Shown here one piece after another: positions 28,897-38,585 of a stretch of 64,000 bases of DNA. The first letter of the stretch is position 1. Every line of letters starts with the position of its first letter. The notes beneath the pieces are model-generated. The model worked only from the letters and a program-made list of their open reading frames with translations. It was not told where the DNA came from and did not search any database. Origin of the DNA: an uncultured Gemmatimonadales bacterium (GTDB taxonomy: Bacteria; Gemmatimonadota; Gemmatimonadetes; Gemmatimonadales; GWC2-71-9); the NCBI GenBank assembly GCA_963695555.1, contig CAVOGR010000002.1, positions 96,001 through 160,000 on the forward strand, written 5' to 3'. A program made the translations under genes and the position numbers.

Positions 28897-29322
28897 TTAC
28901 TGGGTTGGTTCGGCCAGGAGCGCGGCGTCGATCGGCTGCCGGCCGGCAAAGCCGGCGTCGACCTCGTGCCAATAGGCAATATGATGTTCGCCGAGCTTCC
29001 AGCATAGGTAGACCAAGCGATCTTCGCGCAGGGCGTAGAAATCCACCAAGCCGTTCTCGAACCCTTTGAAGAGGCAGCCTATCTGTTCGAGTTCGTCGAG
29101 GAAGGCGTTGATGCGGCCGGCGTGCGTCATGACCTGCTCACGAGCCTGGACCAGCTCCTCCGTCTCACCATCTTCGGCTCGGGCCTTACCGGACAAAATC
29201 TCATACTGCGCCAACGCAGCCCGCCAGCGTGGGTACTCCTGCGTGAGATCACGAACCACCCGGCGCACCAGCGGCAGGGTGTGCTCGGCTTCGGCTATAG
29301 TAAAGATCTTCGGCTCGCTCAT
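28897..29322 (-). CDS. DUF2203 family protein
   Basis: FTIAEAE.LP, KG...GLVDF, YLCWKLGE..I.YWH...GFAGRQP. Confidence 0.9.
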   Translation of the reverse strand: MSEPKIFTIAEAEHTLPLVRRVVRDLTQEYPRWRAALAQYEILSGKARAEDGETEELVQAREQVMTHAGRINAFLDELEQIGCLFKGFENGLVDFYALREDRLVYLCWKLGEHHIAYWHEVDAGFAGRQPIDAALLAEPTQ

Positions 29323-29400
29323 GGTAATACTGGCTCCGAGGCTCCAGATCCATTTCGATCAGGCATGCCCCGAGGGAATCTGGCTCCTGAATCTCTGTGG

Positions 29401-30258
29401 TCAAGCTCCCGACGAGGATTGGAAGTCCCGCAAAGCGTCCGCTGCAGCCCGATAGCCTTCCGCAGCGTACGACTCCACCGCATCGATTCGAAAGGTTGCA
29501 CCGCGCTCGACCCGCGGCCGAATGTACACGAGCTTCGGGCGGCTTCGTCCAGCCGCACTTTGTGAACGCCAGAGCGACATCTGGAGCTGAGTGTTGGTGG
29601 CCATGAGGATCGCGGTCGCCTCGTTGTACGCCGCAACCAAACGCGGCACCGCACGCGGAGCCGTCGATTCCGGTTCATCGAACCCGGGGCCAACATCGAC
29701 TGCCACGATGAGATCCGCGTCGACTCCGCCCACACCTTCGAGCGGCAGGACGGCCCGGAGGCCGCCGTCGGCGTAGCGCCGCCCTCCAATCACGGCCGGC
29801 GGGTAATAGAGCGGCAGAGCCACCGTCGCGTAGAGTGCGTCTACGAGCGGCACGTCCCGCCCGCGGGCGCCGAACCACACCAGCTCCCGACTGTCGAGAT
29901 CGGTGGCCGCGACGGTCAGCGGTATCCGGCAGCCGTCGAAGCTCCGCACCGGCACGAGACGCTCGATCGTGCGGCGAAGTGGCGCCTCGCGTAACAGCGA
30001 CCGGGCGCGAAGTCCGGGCAAGAGGGCGCCCGGATTGAGCGAGGCGATATCGCGACGTCGGAGCCGTCGAACATCGTGGACCAATTCATCAAGCGTCCGG
30101 CCGCCGGCCAGCGCCGCCCCGATCACTGCTCCCATCGAAGTCGCGACACAGGCCACGATTTCGAGTCCGGCCTCCGTGATCGCCCGCCATGCCCCGACCT
30201 GGGCCGCCGTCTTGGCCCCGCCGCCGCTCAGGACGAGAACGGCCCGAGTCCCATTCAC
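29401..30258 (-). CDS. Patatin-like phospholipase
   Basis: LSGGGAK, ATSMG, DGG. Confidence 0.88.
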   Translation of the reverse strand: MNGTRAVLVLSGGGAKTAAQVGAWRAITEAGLEIVACVATSMGAVIGAALAGGRTLDELVHDVRRLRRRDIASLNPGALLPGLRARSLLREAPLRRTIERLVPVRSFDGCRIPLTVAATDLDSRELVWFGARGRDVPLVDALYATVALPLYYPPAVIGGRRYADGGLRAVLPLEGVGGVDADLIVAVDVGPGFDEPESTAPRAVPRLVAAYNEATAILMATNTQLQMSLWRSQSAAGRSRPKLVYIRPRVERGATFRIDAVESYAAEGYRAAADALRDFQSSSGA

Positions 30259-30722
30259 GTCGAGCGGCCTCGTTTCTCCCGGTACAGCCGGGCACGCTCG
30301 AAACGAGCCTGCTCTTCTTCTGACTCCGGAATGAGACGCGGCACGCGCCGAGGTTTCCGTTGCTCGTCGATTGCCACAAATACGACGTGCGCGGTATGCG
30401 TGTGCCGGCGGACTCCCGTGCTCACCGTCTCGGCATACACCTCCACGGTAATGTCCATCGACGAGTTGCCGACGTAATCGACCGACCCCATGCAGGTCAC
30501 CAGGGCGCCGATGGGGATGGGCTCTCGAAAATCAACCCGGTCGATACTGGCCGTGACTGCGGCACCGCCGGCATGCCGGATCGCCGCCACCGCGGCCGCC
30601 TGATCGACCATCGCCATGATCTGCCCGCCGAACAGGTCGCCCAGCACATTCTGCATGTGCGGCATCGCGAGCTGGGTCAGCTCGGAGCGGGAGAATGACA
30701 TGGGGCGGGACGATGGGGTCAT
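30255..30722 (-). CDS. Acyl-CoA thioesterase (hotdog, YciA-like)
   Basis: NVLGDLFGGQIMAMVDQAA, VTASID.VDF. Confidence 0.9.
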   Translation of the reverse strand: MTPSSRPMSFSRSELTQLAMPHMQNVLGDLFGGQIMAMVDQAAAVAAIRHAGGAAVTASIDRVDFREPIPIGALVTCMGSVDYVGNSSMDITVEVYAETVSTGVRRHTHTAHVVFVAIDEQRKPRRVPRLIPESEEEQARFERARLYREKRGRST

Positions 30723-30846
30723 GAGCGAGAAGCAGGGAGTAGGAAGTAGGAAGTAGGGTGTAGGTGTAGCCTGTGAGGTAGCAAGATGAACGACAAGTGA
30801 ACTTCGTCTCCTACCAACTGCTCGCCTACATCCTACAACACTGCGT

Positions 30847-32619
30847 CTAATAATCCACCGGCCGGAGGTAGTACTCGCCGATCGCGGTGTGGCTCAGCAT
30901 GGCGACGGTGGGGAGGCGACGTTTCCAGTGGGTGGATTCGAGCCGGTGGCGGACCAGCTCCACGTCCCGTTCATCGAAGCCTCGCGCGACGACTTCGGAC
31001 GCGCGATAGCCCTGTAACAGCCAGTGGAGTATCGCGTCGGCCTTATGGTAGGAAATCCCGAGATCTTCTTCGTCGGTTTGTCCGCGGATCAGATCAGCCG
31101 TGGCAGGCTTGGACACGATTTCCTCCGGCACGCCGATGTGCTTGGCCAGAACCCACACTTGAGTCTTGAACAAGTCGCCGATGGGGTTGACCGGCGGCGA
31201 GTCGTCCGCATGCCATGTGAAGTACCCGAACAGGCGTTCCGTCTTGTTTCCCGTGCCCAGCGGCAGCGCGTCGAGTTCGGCCGAAAGATCGAACATCGTG
31301 ATCATACGACAGCGCGCCATGATGTTGCCCCGCCTGGTGGGGCTCACGTCACGCCCGATGCCACGAACCAACCCGTCGACCCCCTCGGTTATGTCCACCG
31401 TCCGACTTTCGATGCCCAACGCGTCGATGACCAATTGCGCGTGGTGCAGGCTTTCGGGACTCGACGAGCGATACGGCATGCGAAGGCCGATCACGTTGGA
31501 CGGACCGAGGGCCTCCGCCGCGAGGAACGCCACCAATGAACTGTCGACGCCGCCGGAGAGGCCGATGATGCCCTTCTGGAACCCGCGGCGGCGGGCGACC
31601 TCGTCACGGATGAACTCCACCAGCCACCGCCGGGTGAGCTCGGCGTCGATCGCCAGCGGGTCCTCTTCATCGGAAAGGATCACGCGGGTGCTTGACATGG
31701 GCGCCCGCGCCGCCCGAACGGGTCGCACCGGCCGCGGACGCGGACGGCCATCGCCCGTCGAGCGTACTAGGTGCGGCCACTTGATTTCGAGATCGGCGAG
31801 CAGAGGCATATCGGCCCGCGAGCGCGTGATTTCGTCGAAGTCGAGCGTCGCGGGCAGAATTGCCGGCTCGAAGACGGGTCCGCGAACCAGGAGGTCGCCT
31901 CTGGGCCCCGCGACGAACGACCCGCCGGCGAAGCCTTTGCCGCCCTCGAAGCCCACGAGTTGAGACACGGCAACGTAAATCCCATGCTCCGACGCCATGT
32001 TCTGAGTCAATCGCTCCCAGCGAAGCAAGTTGGCCGGTCGGCCCTGGCCATCCGCCTCCGGCTTGAGGCCTCTGCCGGGTGTTGCGCTTGGGATGAAGAT
32101 GAGCTGTGCACCGTCGAGCGCCGCGAGGGTCGGCATCACCGAGTGCCACGCATCTTCGCAAATCAGAATGGCAGCTCGGCCCCACGCCGTGTCGAACGCC
32201 TCGACGCTGTCCCCCGATTCGACAAAACGTTCCTCGTCGAAGACGCCATAGGTCGGGAGGAACACCTTGCGATGCACGTGCCGAATACCAGCCTCCGGAC
32301 CGCCGAGCGAGGCGTATAGACCGGAGTTGTAAAACCGGTTCCGCCATACCTCGTAGAATCCGACGGAGATGTCCAGCGCCGGAGCCTTGGCCTGGGCATG
32401 ATGCTTGGAGAGATCCTCGAACAGCTGTTCCGCCGACAGGGCCACGTCGCGGACGCCACCCTCGAGGAAGTAGCCGGTGAGTGCGGTTTCCGGCAGCGCC
32501 AGCACCCCCGGGGGAGTCTGCCACTGTGCGACCTCGCGGAAGAGTCCCTCGAGATCCTCGAGGTTCTTGCGATAGGCGCCTTTCGTCGGGCGTAGCTGGA
32601 CCAGCGCAATCTGGAGCAT
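30847..32619 (-). CDS. nadE: Glutamine-dependent NAD+ synthetase
   Basis: Nitrilase triad (LPET, HRKVFLPTY, ICED) fused to synthetase domain (GLSGGVDSS, GTGNKTE, DLFKTQV). Confidence 0.93.
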   Translation of the reverse strand: MLQIALVQLRPTKGAYRKNLEDLEGLFREVAQWQTPPGVLALPETALTGYFLEGGVRDVALSAEQLFEDLSKHHAQAKAPALDISVGFYEVWRNRFYNSGLYASLGGPEAGIRHVHRKVFLPTYGVFDEERFVESGDSVEAFDTAWGRAAILICEDAWHSVMPTLAALDGAQLIFIPSATPGRGLKPEADGQGRPANLLRWERLTQNMASEHGIYVAVSQLVGFEGGKGFAGGSFVAGPRGDLLVRGPVFEPAILPATLDFDEITRSRADMPLLADLEIKWPHLVRSTGDGRPRPRPVRPVRAARAPMSSTRVILSDEEDPLAIDAELTRRWLVEFIRDEVARRRGFQKGIIGLSGGVDSSLVAFLAAEALGPSNVIGLRMPYRSSSPESLHHAQLVIDALGIESRTVDITEGVDGLVRGIGRDVSPTRRGNIMARCRMITMFDLSAELDALPLGTGNKTERLFGYFTWHADDSPPVNPIGDLFKTQVWVLAKHIGVPEEIVSKPATADLIRGQTDEEDLGISYHKADAILHWLLQGYRASEVVARGFDERDVELVRHRLESTHWKRRLPTVAMLSHTAIGEYYLRPVDY

Positions 32620-32698
32620 TGCCGCCTAATTTAGTCGAGAGGGCGCCTACCCGCCTCCTCGTGTGCCCTCGTCACCGCCCTACCAGGAGCCACGATTC

Positions 32699-33088
32699 AT
32701 GCTTTGGTACATTGCCGTCGGCAGCGCCGTAGGCGGGGTCAGCCGATATGTGGTTGGCGGTTGGATGCAGCGCCTCACGAGCACCACCTTCCCCATTGGT
32801 ACGCTCACGGTCAACGTGGTGGGCTCCTTCTTGCTCGGATTCTTCCTCCGGTACGCGACCGACGCCTCCACGCTGTCTCCCGAGATGCGCGGTATGCTCA
32901 CCATCGGCTTTTGTGGCGGCTTCACCACGTTCTCGACATTCAGTCACGAGACCGTCAGCTTGATGGAGAGCGGGGACTGGAGAGGAGCGGCATGGTACGC
33001 AGCGCTCAGTGTCTTCATCGCGTTGGCTGCCATGCTTGCCGGCATCGCCAGCGCCCACGCGGTCATGGATCTGCGGCGCAGCATCTGA
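32699..33088 (+). CDS. crcB: Fluoride efflux channel CrcB/FluC
   Basis: GGVSRY, FPIGTLTVNVVG, GFCGGFTTFSTF. Confidence 0.95.
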   Translation: MLWYIAVGSAVGGVSRYVVGGWMQRLTSTTFPIGTLTVNVVGSFLLGFFLRYATDASTLSPEMRGMLTIGFCGGFTTFSTFSHETVSLMESGDWRGAAWYAALSVFIALAAMLAGIASAHAVMDLRRSI

Positions 33089-33137
33089 GCCACGCACAAC
33101 GCAACAAGTGCCCCCTGCCACCACTCGAGAGGCAACA

Positions 33138-33485
33138 ATGCACGGACTGACAGGTGAACGGATGCTCATGCGCATCCACATCGGCGAGCGGGACAAGCAC
33201 GACGGGAAGCCGCTGTATCAGGCAATCGTGGAGTTACTGCGAGCACGCGGGTATGCCGGCGCCACGGTGCTTCGTGCCATTATGGGCTTCGGAGCCAGCG
33301 CCCAAATGCATACGGACAAGGTTCTTCGTTTGTCCGTCGACCTTCCGATCATCGTCGAGTGCGTAGAAACGGAAGAGCGGATCCGAGAGATCCTGCCGGA
33401 GCTCGATCAAATGATCGGCGGCGGGCTGATCACGCTCGAACGCGCCCAAGTCATCGTCTACCGACCAGACCAAGGCTCGTCCTAG
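33138..33485 (+). CDS. DUF190 (PII-like) protein
   Basis: RIHIGERD, GATVLRAIMGFG, LSVDLPIIVE; usual crcB neighbour. Confidence 0.9.
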   Translation: MHGLTGERMLMRIHIGERDKHDGKPLYQAIVELLRARGYAGATVLRAIMGFGASAQMHTDKVLRLSVDLPIIVECVETEERIREILPELDQMIGGGLITLERAQVIVYRPDQGSS

Positions 33486-33534
33486 CGGGAGCGCAGCTAC
33501 ACCCGGACCTGCCAAGCACTATTCCCAAAACAGA

Positions 33535-33570
33535 GGGGGCGGCTACGCTTGTTATCGCGTAACCGCCCCC
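33535..33570. terminator. Hairpin between convergent genes
   Basis: GGGGGCGGCTACGC...GCGTAACCGCCCCC, followed by TTTT on minus strand. Confidence 0.6.
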
Positions 33571-33603
33571 CCCACTGCGCGCCTCGCGGCGCTCCAGCTC
33601 AGC

Positions 33604-35283
33604 TCAATTGCGGCGCCGACTCCCGCCCCCGGACGAGGCTCCGCTCCGACTCGGGGCCCGGCCCTGGCTCACGGAACCGCGACTCGATGAGCCACGGCTA
33701 CTCGGCGCGCGCGACACCGACGGGGTTGGACGCGACACCGAGGGTCGGCTCACCGCCCGGCCCCGACTCGGAGTGCTCGCCCGCGCCGGCGTGCTCGCTC
33801 GCGGCTGCGAAGTCGAACGAGTCGTGGTCCTCGCCTGGGGGCGGGACACCGCGCGGGACGTCGCCGGCGCTTCCCGACCCGTCACCACCCGCCGTGCCGG
33901 AGTCGCACGATCCGCGGTCGTCCACCAGTCGCCGGTCCGGCGCTCGGCTTGGGTCACGCGCCGCCCTGAGGAGTTGGTCCGCGCTGGAGCGGCCTGACTG
34001 GGCTGGGCCCGCCGGGGCTCAGCCCGGCTCGGCGTCGACCGCTGGGGTGTCGCCCGCCGCGGCTCGGCCCTGCTCGGCGTCGACCGCTGGGGTGTCGCCC
34101 GCCGAGGCTCGGCCTTGCGCGGCTCGGCCCGGTTTGGGGTGGTCCGCTGCGGTGTTGCACGCCGCGGCTCGGCACCGTTCGTGGAATTCGGCCGGCTCGA
34201 TTGAGGGGCGACTCTCCGGCCATTCTCCGACTGCACCCGGCGGGCTTCGGAATTCCGGTCGGCTGGCGCCACGCGCCTCACCTGGGCATCGCGCGATCGC
34301 TGAATCGAGGGGCGCTGTCCAGTCGACAGGTCCGCGCTCCGACGCCGGTAATCCACCAAGTTGGTGGTGACCCGGCTCTGGCTCCGATTGCCGGTGGCGA
34401 TCGCCCGCCTGTTGCGGCTGTTGTCCGCGAATTGACTATCTCGGAATCGGTCATCCTTGAAGCGATAAGGATTCTGGTAGCGCGGCCAGGACGAGCGATA
34501 GCCGTAGCCGTTCCCGTAATACCCTGGGTAGTAGTACGTCGGGTAGTAGTAGGTCGGGTAGTAGTACCCTGGATAGTAGTAGCGTGGAGAGTAGTACCAT
34601 GGGTCGTAGTACCACGGGTCATAGTAGCGGCTTCCAAAGCCGATCCCGATGTGGATCCCGGTGCCGTAGTAACGCGAGCCGCAGTAGTAGCAACCGCTGT
34701 AGTAGGGATCCCAATAATCCCACGACGAGCGGAACACCGAGGGATACGCGTACTGCACCGGCTCGAGGATCTCGTAATACACCACGTCGTAGTCGAATCC
34801 GGCGCTGGATCCCATCCGTTGAACGATCTCGGTGAGCTCAGCTTCGGCATCCGAGGCAATGTTGGACACTCGCAGGTTTCGATAGTCCCAGTGATCGCCT
34901 ACCACGAAGTCGGTCACGCGGAAGGGGTCGATCGAGACCGCCGCAAGCACGGTCCCCGTCCCATTCGACTGCTCGATATAAAACGACTCACGATCGCCCC
35001 TACTCCGCACCTCATAGGTCTTTCCAGCGCGGACGTAGTTATCGTCGTTGGGATCGAGGGGAAACAGGACCCGCACCCGACCCTCGGGGTCGGCATGGAG
35101 TACCACCAAATATCCGTCCCGGTCGGTCCGGACTTCGACCCGGGCCTTATCGCCCCGCTCGTAATGCCCGCCCTGATTGAGCGAGATTCGAATCGGCGGG
35201 TCGCCCTGGATGGCGCTGCCGAGTGTCGGCGCCGCTGTCAGGGCTACCGGAACAAGAATGGACATGAGTGCCGAGGCTAACAT
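33604..35283 (-). CDS. Secreted DUF4384-domain protein with Tyr-rich and Arg/Ser/Pro-rich repeat tail
   Basis: GGAGG RBS; YERGDKARV..RTDRDGYLVVL..DPEGRVRVLFP; YYP repeats; RAEPRRATPQRSTPS repeats. Confidence 0.8.
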   Translation of the reverse strand: MLASALMSILVPVALTAAPTLGSAIQGDPPIRISLNQGGHYERGDKARVEVRTDRDGYLVVLHADPEGRVRVLFPLDPNDDNYVRAGKTYEVRSRGDRESFYIEQSNGTGTVLAAVSIDPFRVTDFVVGDHWDYRNLRVSNIASDAEAELTEIVQRMGSSAGFDYDVVYYEILEPVQYAYPSVFRSSWDYWDPYYSGCYYCGSRYYGTGIHIGIGFGSRYYDPWYYDPWYYSPRYYYPGYYYPTYYYPTYYYPGYYGNGYGYRSSWPRYQNPYRFKDDRFRDSQFADNSRNRRAIATGNRSQSRVTTNLVDYRRRSADLSTGQRPSIQRSRDAQVRRVAPADRNSEARRVQSENGRRVAPQSSRPNSTNGAEPRRATPQRTTPNRAEPRKAEPRRATPQRSTPSRAEPRRATPQRSTPSRAEPRRAQPSQAAPARTNSSGRRVTQAERRTGDWWTTADRATPARRVVTGREAPATSRAVSRPQARTTTRSTSQPRASTPARASTPSRGRAVSRPSVSRPTPSVSRAPSSRGSSSRGSVSQGRAPSRSGASSGGGSRRRN

Positions 35284-35332
35284 CGTTCCTCCCGGCGAAA
35301 GCAAGAAAGACAACATCCTACTGCTCAAAGAG

Positions 35333-35380
35333 AGCTAGGACCGTGCCAATATCTAATCTATTGTAATACAATAACTTAGA
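35333..35380 (-). promoter_or_regulatory. Sigma-54 promoter with adjacent AT-rich IHF-like site
   Basis: Minus TTGGCACGGTCCTAGCT (GG-N10-GC) at 35349-35333; TAAGTTATTGTATTACAATAG upstream. Confidence 0.65.
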
Positions 35381-35451
35381 TATATGAACCGCGGTCGATT
35401 TGTCCCACTTGGGGGACGTCCGGTCTACCCGAAGCAACACTGGATGATGCC

Positions 35452-35871
35452 TCAATCCTGGCGGATTTCCCGCCCTCCAGCCCAGCGATGCCAGTACATC
35501 CGCATTTCCGTGATCTTGGCATCGCGGGTCTCGCAGAACAGGGCCCCTCGGGCATCCACCCATTCGCCGGTGCGGCGGCGGCGGAAGACGAACTTGAATT
35601 CGGCCGAAAACCACGGGCCGACCGTGAAGACCTCGCCGACGCTAAATCGGCCCTCTGATTGATGATAGCCGATGTCTCGCCAATATTCGCGGATGGCGCC
35701 AATCCCCGTCCTGGACCGGGCGAATGGGGTTTCCTGGAACACCGCCTCGTCGGCGAAGACGGACAGCAAGAGATCGATGTCTTGCTTGGCCCACCCCTTG
35801 CCAAAAGTATCGACGAGCGATCGCCCTAATGCAGCCGTATCAATCGCTTCGTTCGGTGATGCTGCGGCCAC
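35452..35871 (-). CDS. NTF2/SnoaL-like protein
   Basis: FADEAVFQETPF, GIGAIREYW, KITEMRMYW. Confidence 0.8.
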   Translation of the reverse strand: MAAASPNEAIDTAALGRSLVDTFGKGWAKQDIDLLLSVFADEAVFQETPFARSRTGIGAIREYWRDIGYHQSEGRFSVGEVFTVGPWFSAEFKFVFRRRRTGEWVDARGALFCETRDAKITEMRMYWHRWAGGREIRQD

Positions 35872-35921
35872 ACCTGTGCTCCGGCTAGAGGGCCTCGACG
35901 GCCCGGGACCAATCGTTACGG

Positions 35922-38585
35922 ATGACTTGGAAACTACATCCCGCCGCCCTGCTCGCCATTGCCCTCAGTCTGACACCGGTCAGCGGCGGCAGTGCCCAGG
36001 ACACAGCCTGCCCGCCCGCAACCCATCGGCTCATCGCCTTGGCCTGGCCGGCATTTCGGGCCGACTCGATCGGAACGGCCGATCAATGGTTTGCCGCAGC
36101 TCGAACGCTGTGCCCGAAGAACGTCGAGGCAACCGTCGGCCTGGGATTTACCAGCCTTCGCCTGGGCCGGGCCGCTCGGGCCGACTCGCTGTTCCAGCGC
36201 GCGGTCTCGCTCGACAGCTCGAGCGTCGACGGCTGGATGGGGTTGGCCTTCTCTTCCGAACGAAAGGGCGACTTGACCGCAGCCGTCGGGGCAGCTGACC
36301 GGGTGCTCACGCTAGACCCGCAGCACCAAGAGGCCACCGCTCTCCGGAATCGGTTAGATCCTGACTGGAATCGTCCGGCCATCCGCCCCAAACCACGACC
36401 GGAGCGACTCCAGGTTGCTGCGCGAACCCAGGCCACACGCTTCGAAGTTCGGCGCGATTCGACTTGGACGCCGCTGTACATCAGAGGGGTCAATCTCGGC
36501 GTGGCTCTTCCGGGCAAGTTTCCGTCGCAGTTCCCGATGGATTCGGCGGTCTACGCCGGCTGGCTCGATACCCTGGCCACCATGCACGCCAACGCCGTAC
36601 GAGTGTACACTATCTTGCCGCCCGCGTTCTATCGAGCCCTTCGGGCCTGGAACGCGACACACCCTGACCACGTCCTCTGGCTAATTCACGGCGTCTGGAC
36701 CGAGTTGCCACCGGACCACGACTTCAACCATTCGGAGTGGATGCGGGCGTTTCAACGGGAGATGGAGCGCGTCGTCGATGTGATTCATGGCTCGACGGAG
36801 CTCGCGCCACGCCCGGGACATGCGAGCGGCAAGTACGACGCCGACGTGTCGGCGTGGACGTTGGCGTATATCATCGGTCGCGAGTGGGAACCGTTCGCGG
36901 TGCGGGCCTTCGACGAGCGGCACCCCGAGATCCGCTCATATGCGGGCCGCTACCTCCAGGTGGCTCAGGGCCCCGCCGCGGATATCTGGATGGCCGAGCA
37001 GTGCGACTACCTCTTGGGCTATGAAGTCGACACTTACAACGCGCTTCGCCCGATCGCCTACACCAACTGGCCGACGTTGGACCCGCTCGATCACCCTACC
37101 GAGCCAAACACGGCCGAGGAGCTGGCCTGGCGGGAAGCGGTGGGCCGTCCGGCCAAGTACATCCGGCAGGAGTACGAGAACGACGCCATCGGACTCGATG
37201 CCACCCGGGTTCAACCAACCGCAGCCAATCCCGCCGGCTGGTTCGCCAGCTATCATGCCTACCCCTACTATCCAGACTTCATGCTCTACGACCGCCGCTA
37301 CAATCGGGCGTCGTCGTCCGAAGGACGGTCGAACTACTTCGGCTATCTCGAGCGGCTCATCAACCACCACGCCAGCATCCCGGTGGTGATCGCGGAATAC
37401 GGCGTCCCCTCGAGTCGTGGCATGGCGCACCTCCAGCCGCAGGGATGGCATCACGGCGGTCACGATGAGGCCGAGATGGCCGCTATCGACGCCAGACTCA
37501 CCCGCGAAATCGAGGAGAGCGGAGCGGCGGGGGGCATCTTGTTCGCATGGATCGATGAGTGGTTCAAGCGCAACTGGGCCGTCATCGACCTCGAGATCCC
37601 GGCAAACCATACCCCCCGCTGGCTCAACGTGATGGATGCCGAGCAGCAATACGGAATCCTCGGCATGTACGCAGGCAAGGCAGAGGAGACTCCGGTCTTG
37701 GGAGGCGATGCTCAGCGCTGGCGCACCCTACCCATCATGCAGCAGAGCGATTCGGCGGCCGTCGATTCTGTGCTCACGGTCCGTGTGGGGGGTGACGAAG
37801 CGTTTCTCTACCTGGCGCTCGAATTGCCGACGTGGCTCCAGGGCCCATTCCCGTGGGATTCCTTGGGAATATTCATTGCCGTCGACACCTATCGCGCTGA
37901 TCAGGGACAACACCGCCTTCCTCACGACCTGGTTCGGAGCGACGTGGGTTTCGAGTTCCTGGTGGACCTCGACTCGACCGACAAGGGACAACTGCGGGTA
38001 GTGCCGGAGTACAACCCCTACCTCGGACCGGAAGCCATCGTCGACGGCGATGAACGCGGTGCGTTCTACCGGCGCCCAACCCGCACGGTATCCCGATACG
38101 ATGGGACATTCGAGCCACTCTTCGTCATTACCAACCGAGCCCGGTTCGCCCGGGATGGCACCTTTTTCCCAGCCACGGCCTATCCGCGTGGAGAGCTTCG
38201 ATACGGCACGGAACAGGCGTCTACCTTGTCCGATTGGTACGTCGACGAAGCCTCGCGACTGGTGGAAGTCCGTCTGCCATGGGCGCTCTTGAACGTGACC
38301 GACCCTTCGAATGCACGAGTCGTATACGAAGACAATGTCGACACCTCGATGGCGAATCCTCCCTTCGGGACGTCGCAGTCGGACGGCCTCCGCCTGGGTG
38401 CCCTGGTGTACCGTAAGGGCGGCCAGCCGGCGGTCGTGGCCGCCGCGCCATCGCTCACTTGGCCGGCACGATGGGAAGCGGAGCGATTCGTCACACGAGC
38501 GTGGGAGACCTGGTCGGAACCGACGTATCACCAGCGTCTCAAACCCGTCTACTTCACCCTGAAGGCGTTATGGGAAACCCAATGA
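35922..38585 (+). CDS. Secreted TPR + clan-A-like TIM-barrel glycoside hydrolase protein
   Basis: Signal peptide, N-terminal TPRs; IRGVNLG, NAVRVYT, IIGREWEP, SYHAYPYYP, IAEYGVP, FAWIDEWFK. Confidence 0.7.
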   Translation: MTWKLHPAALLAIALSLTPVSGGSAQDTACPPATHRLIALAWPAFRADSIGTADQWFAAARTLCPKNVEATVGLGFTSLRLGRAARADSLFQRAVSLDSSSVDGWMGLAFSSERKGDLTAAVGAADRVLTLDPQHQEATALRNRLDPDWNRPAIRPKPRPERLQVAARTQATRFEVRRDSTWTPLYIRGVNLGVALPGKFPSQFPMDSAVYAGWLDTLATMHANAVRVYTILPPAFYRALRAWNATHPDHVLWLIHGVWTELPPDHDFNHSEWMRAFQREMERVVDVIHGSTELAPRPGHASGKYDADVSAWTLAYIIGREWEPFAVRAFDERHPEIRSYAGRYLQVAQGPAADIWMAEQCDYLLGYEVDTYNALRPIAYTNWPTLDPLDHPTEPNTAEELAWREAVGRPAKYIRQEYENDAIGLDATRVQPTAANPAGWFASYHAYPYYPDFMLYDRRYNRASSSEGRSNYFGYLERLINHHASIPVVIAEYGVPSSRGMAHLQPQGWHHGGHDEAEMAAIDARLTREIEESGAAGGILFAWIDEWFKRNWAVIDLEIPANHTPRWLNVMDAEQQYGILGMYAGKAEETPVLGGDAQRWRTLPIMQQSDSAAVDSVLTVRVGGDEAFLYLALELPTWLQGPFPWDSLGIFIAVDTYRADQGQHRLPHDLVRSDVGFEFLVDLDSTDKGQLRVVPEYNPYLGPEAIVDGDERGAFYRRPTRTVSRYDGTFEPLFVITNRARFARDGTFFPATAYPRGELRYGTEQASTLSDWYVDEASRLVEVRLPWALLNVTDPSNARVVYEDNVDTSMANPPFGTSQSDGLRLGALVYRKGGQPAVVAAAPSLTWPARWEAERFVTRAWETWSEPTYHQRLKPVYFTLKALWETQ

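Noticed and set aside
32620..32698. Fluoride riboswitch upstream of crcB
   Set aside because: I could not find the conserved GGCGATGG...CTGATG..CCT core in this short divergent intergenic region
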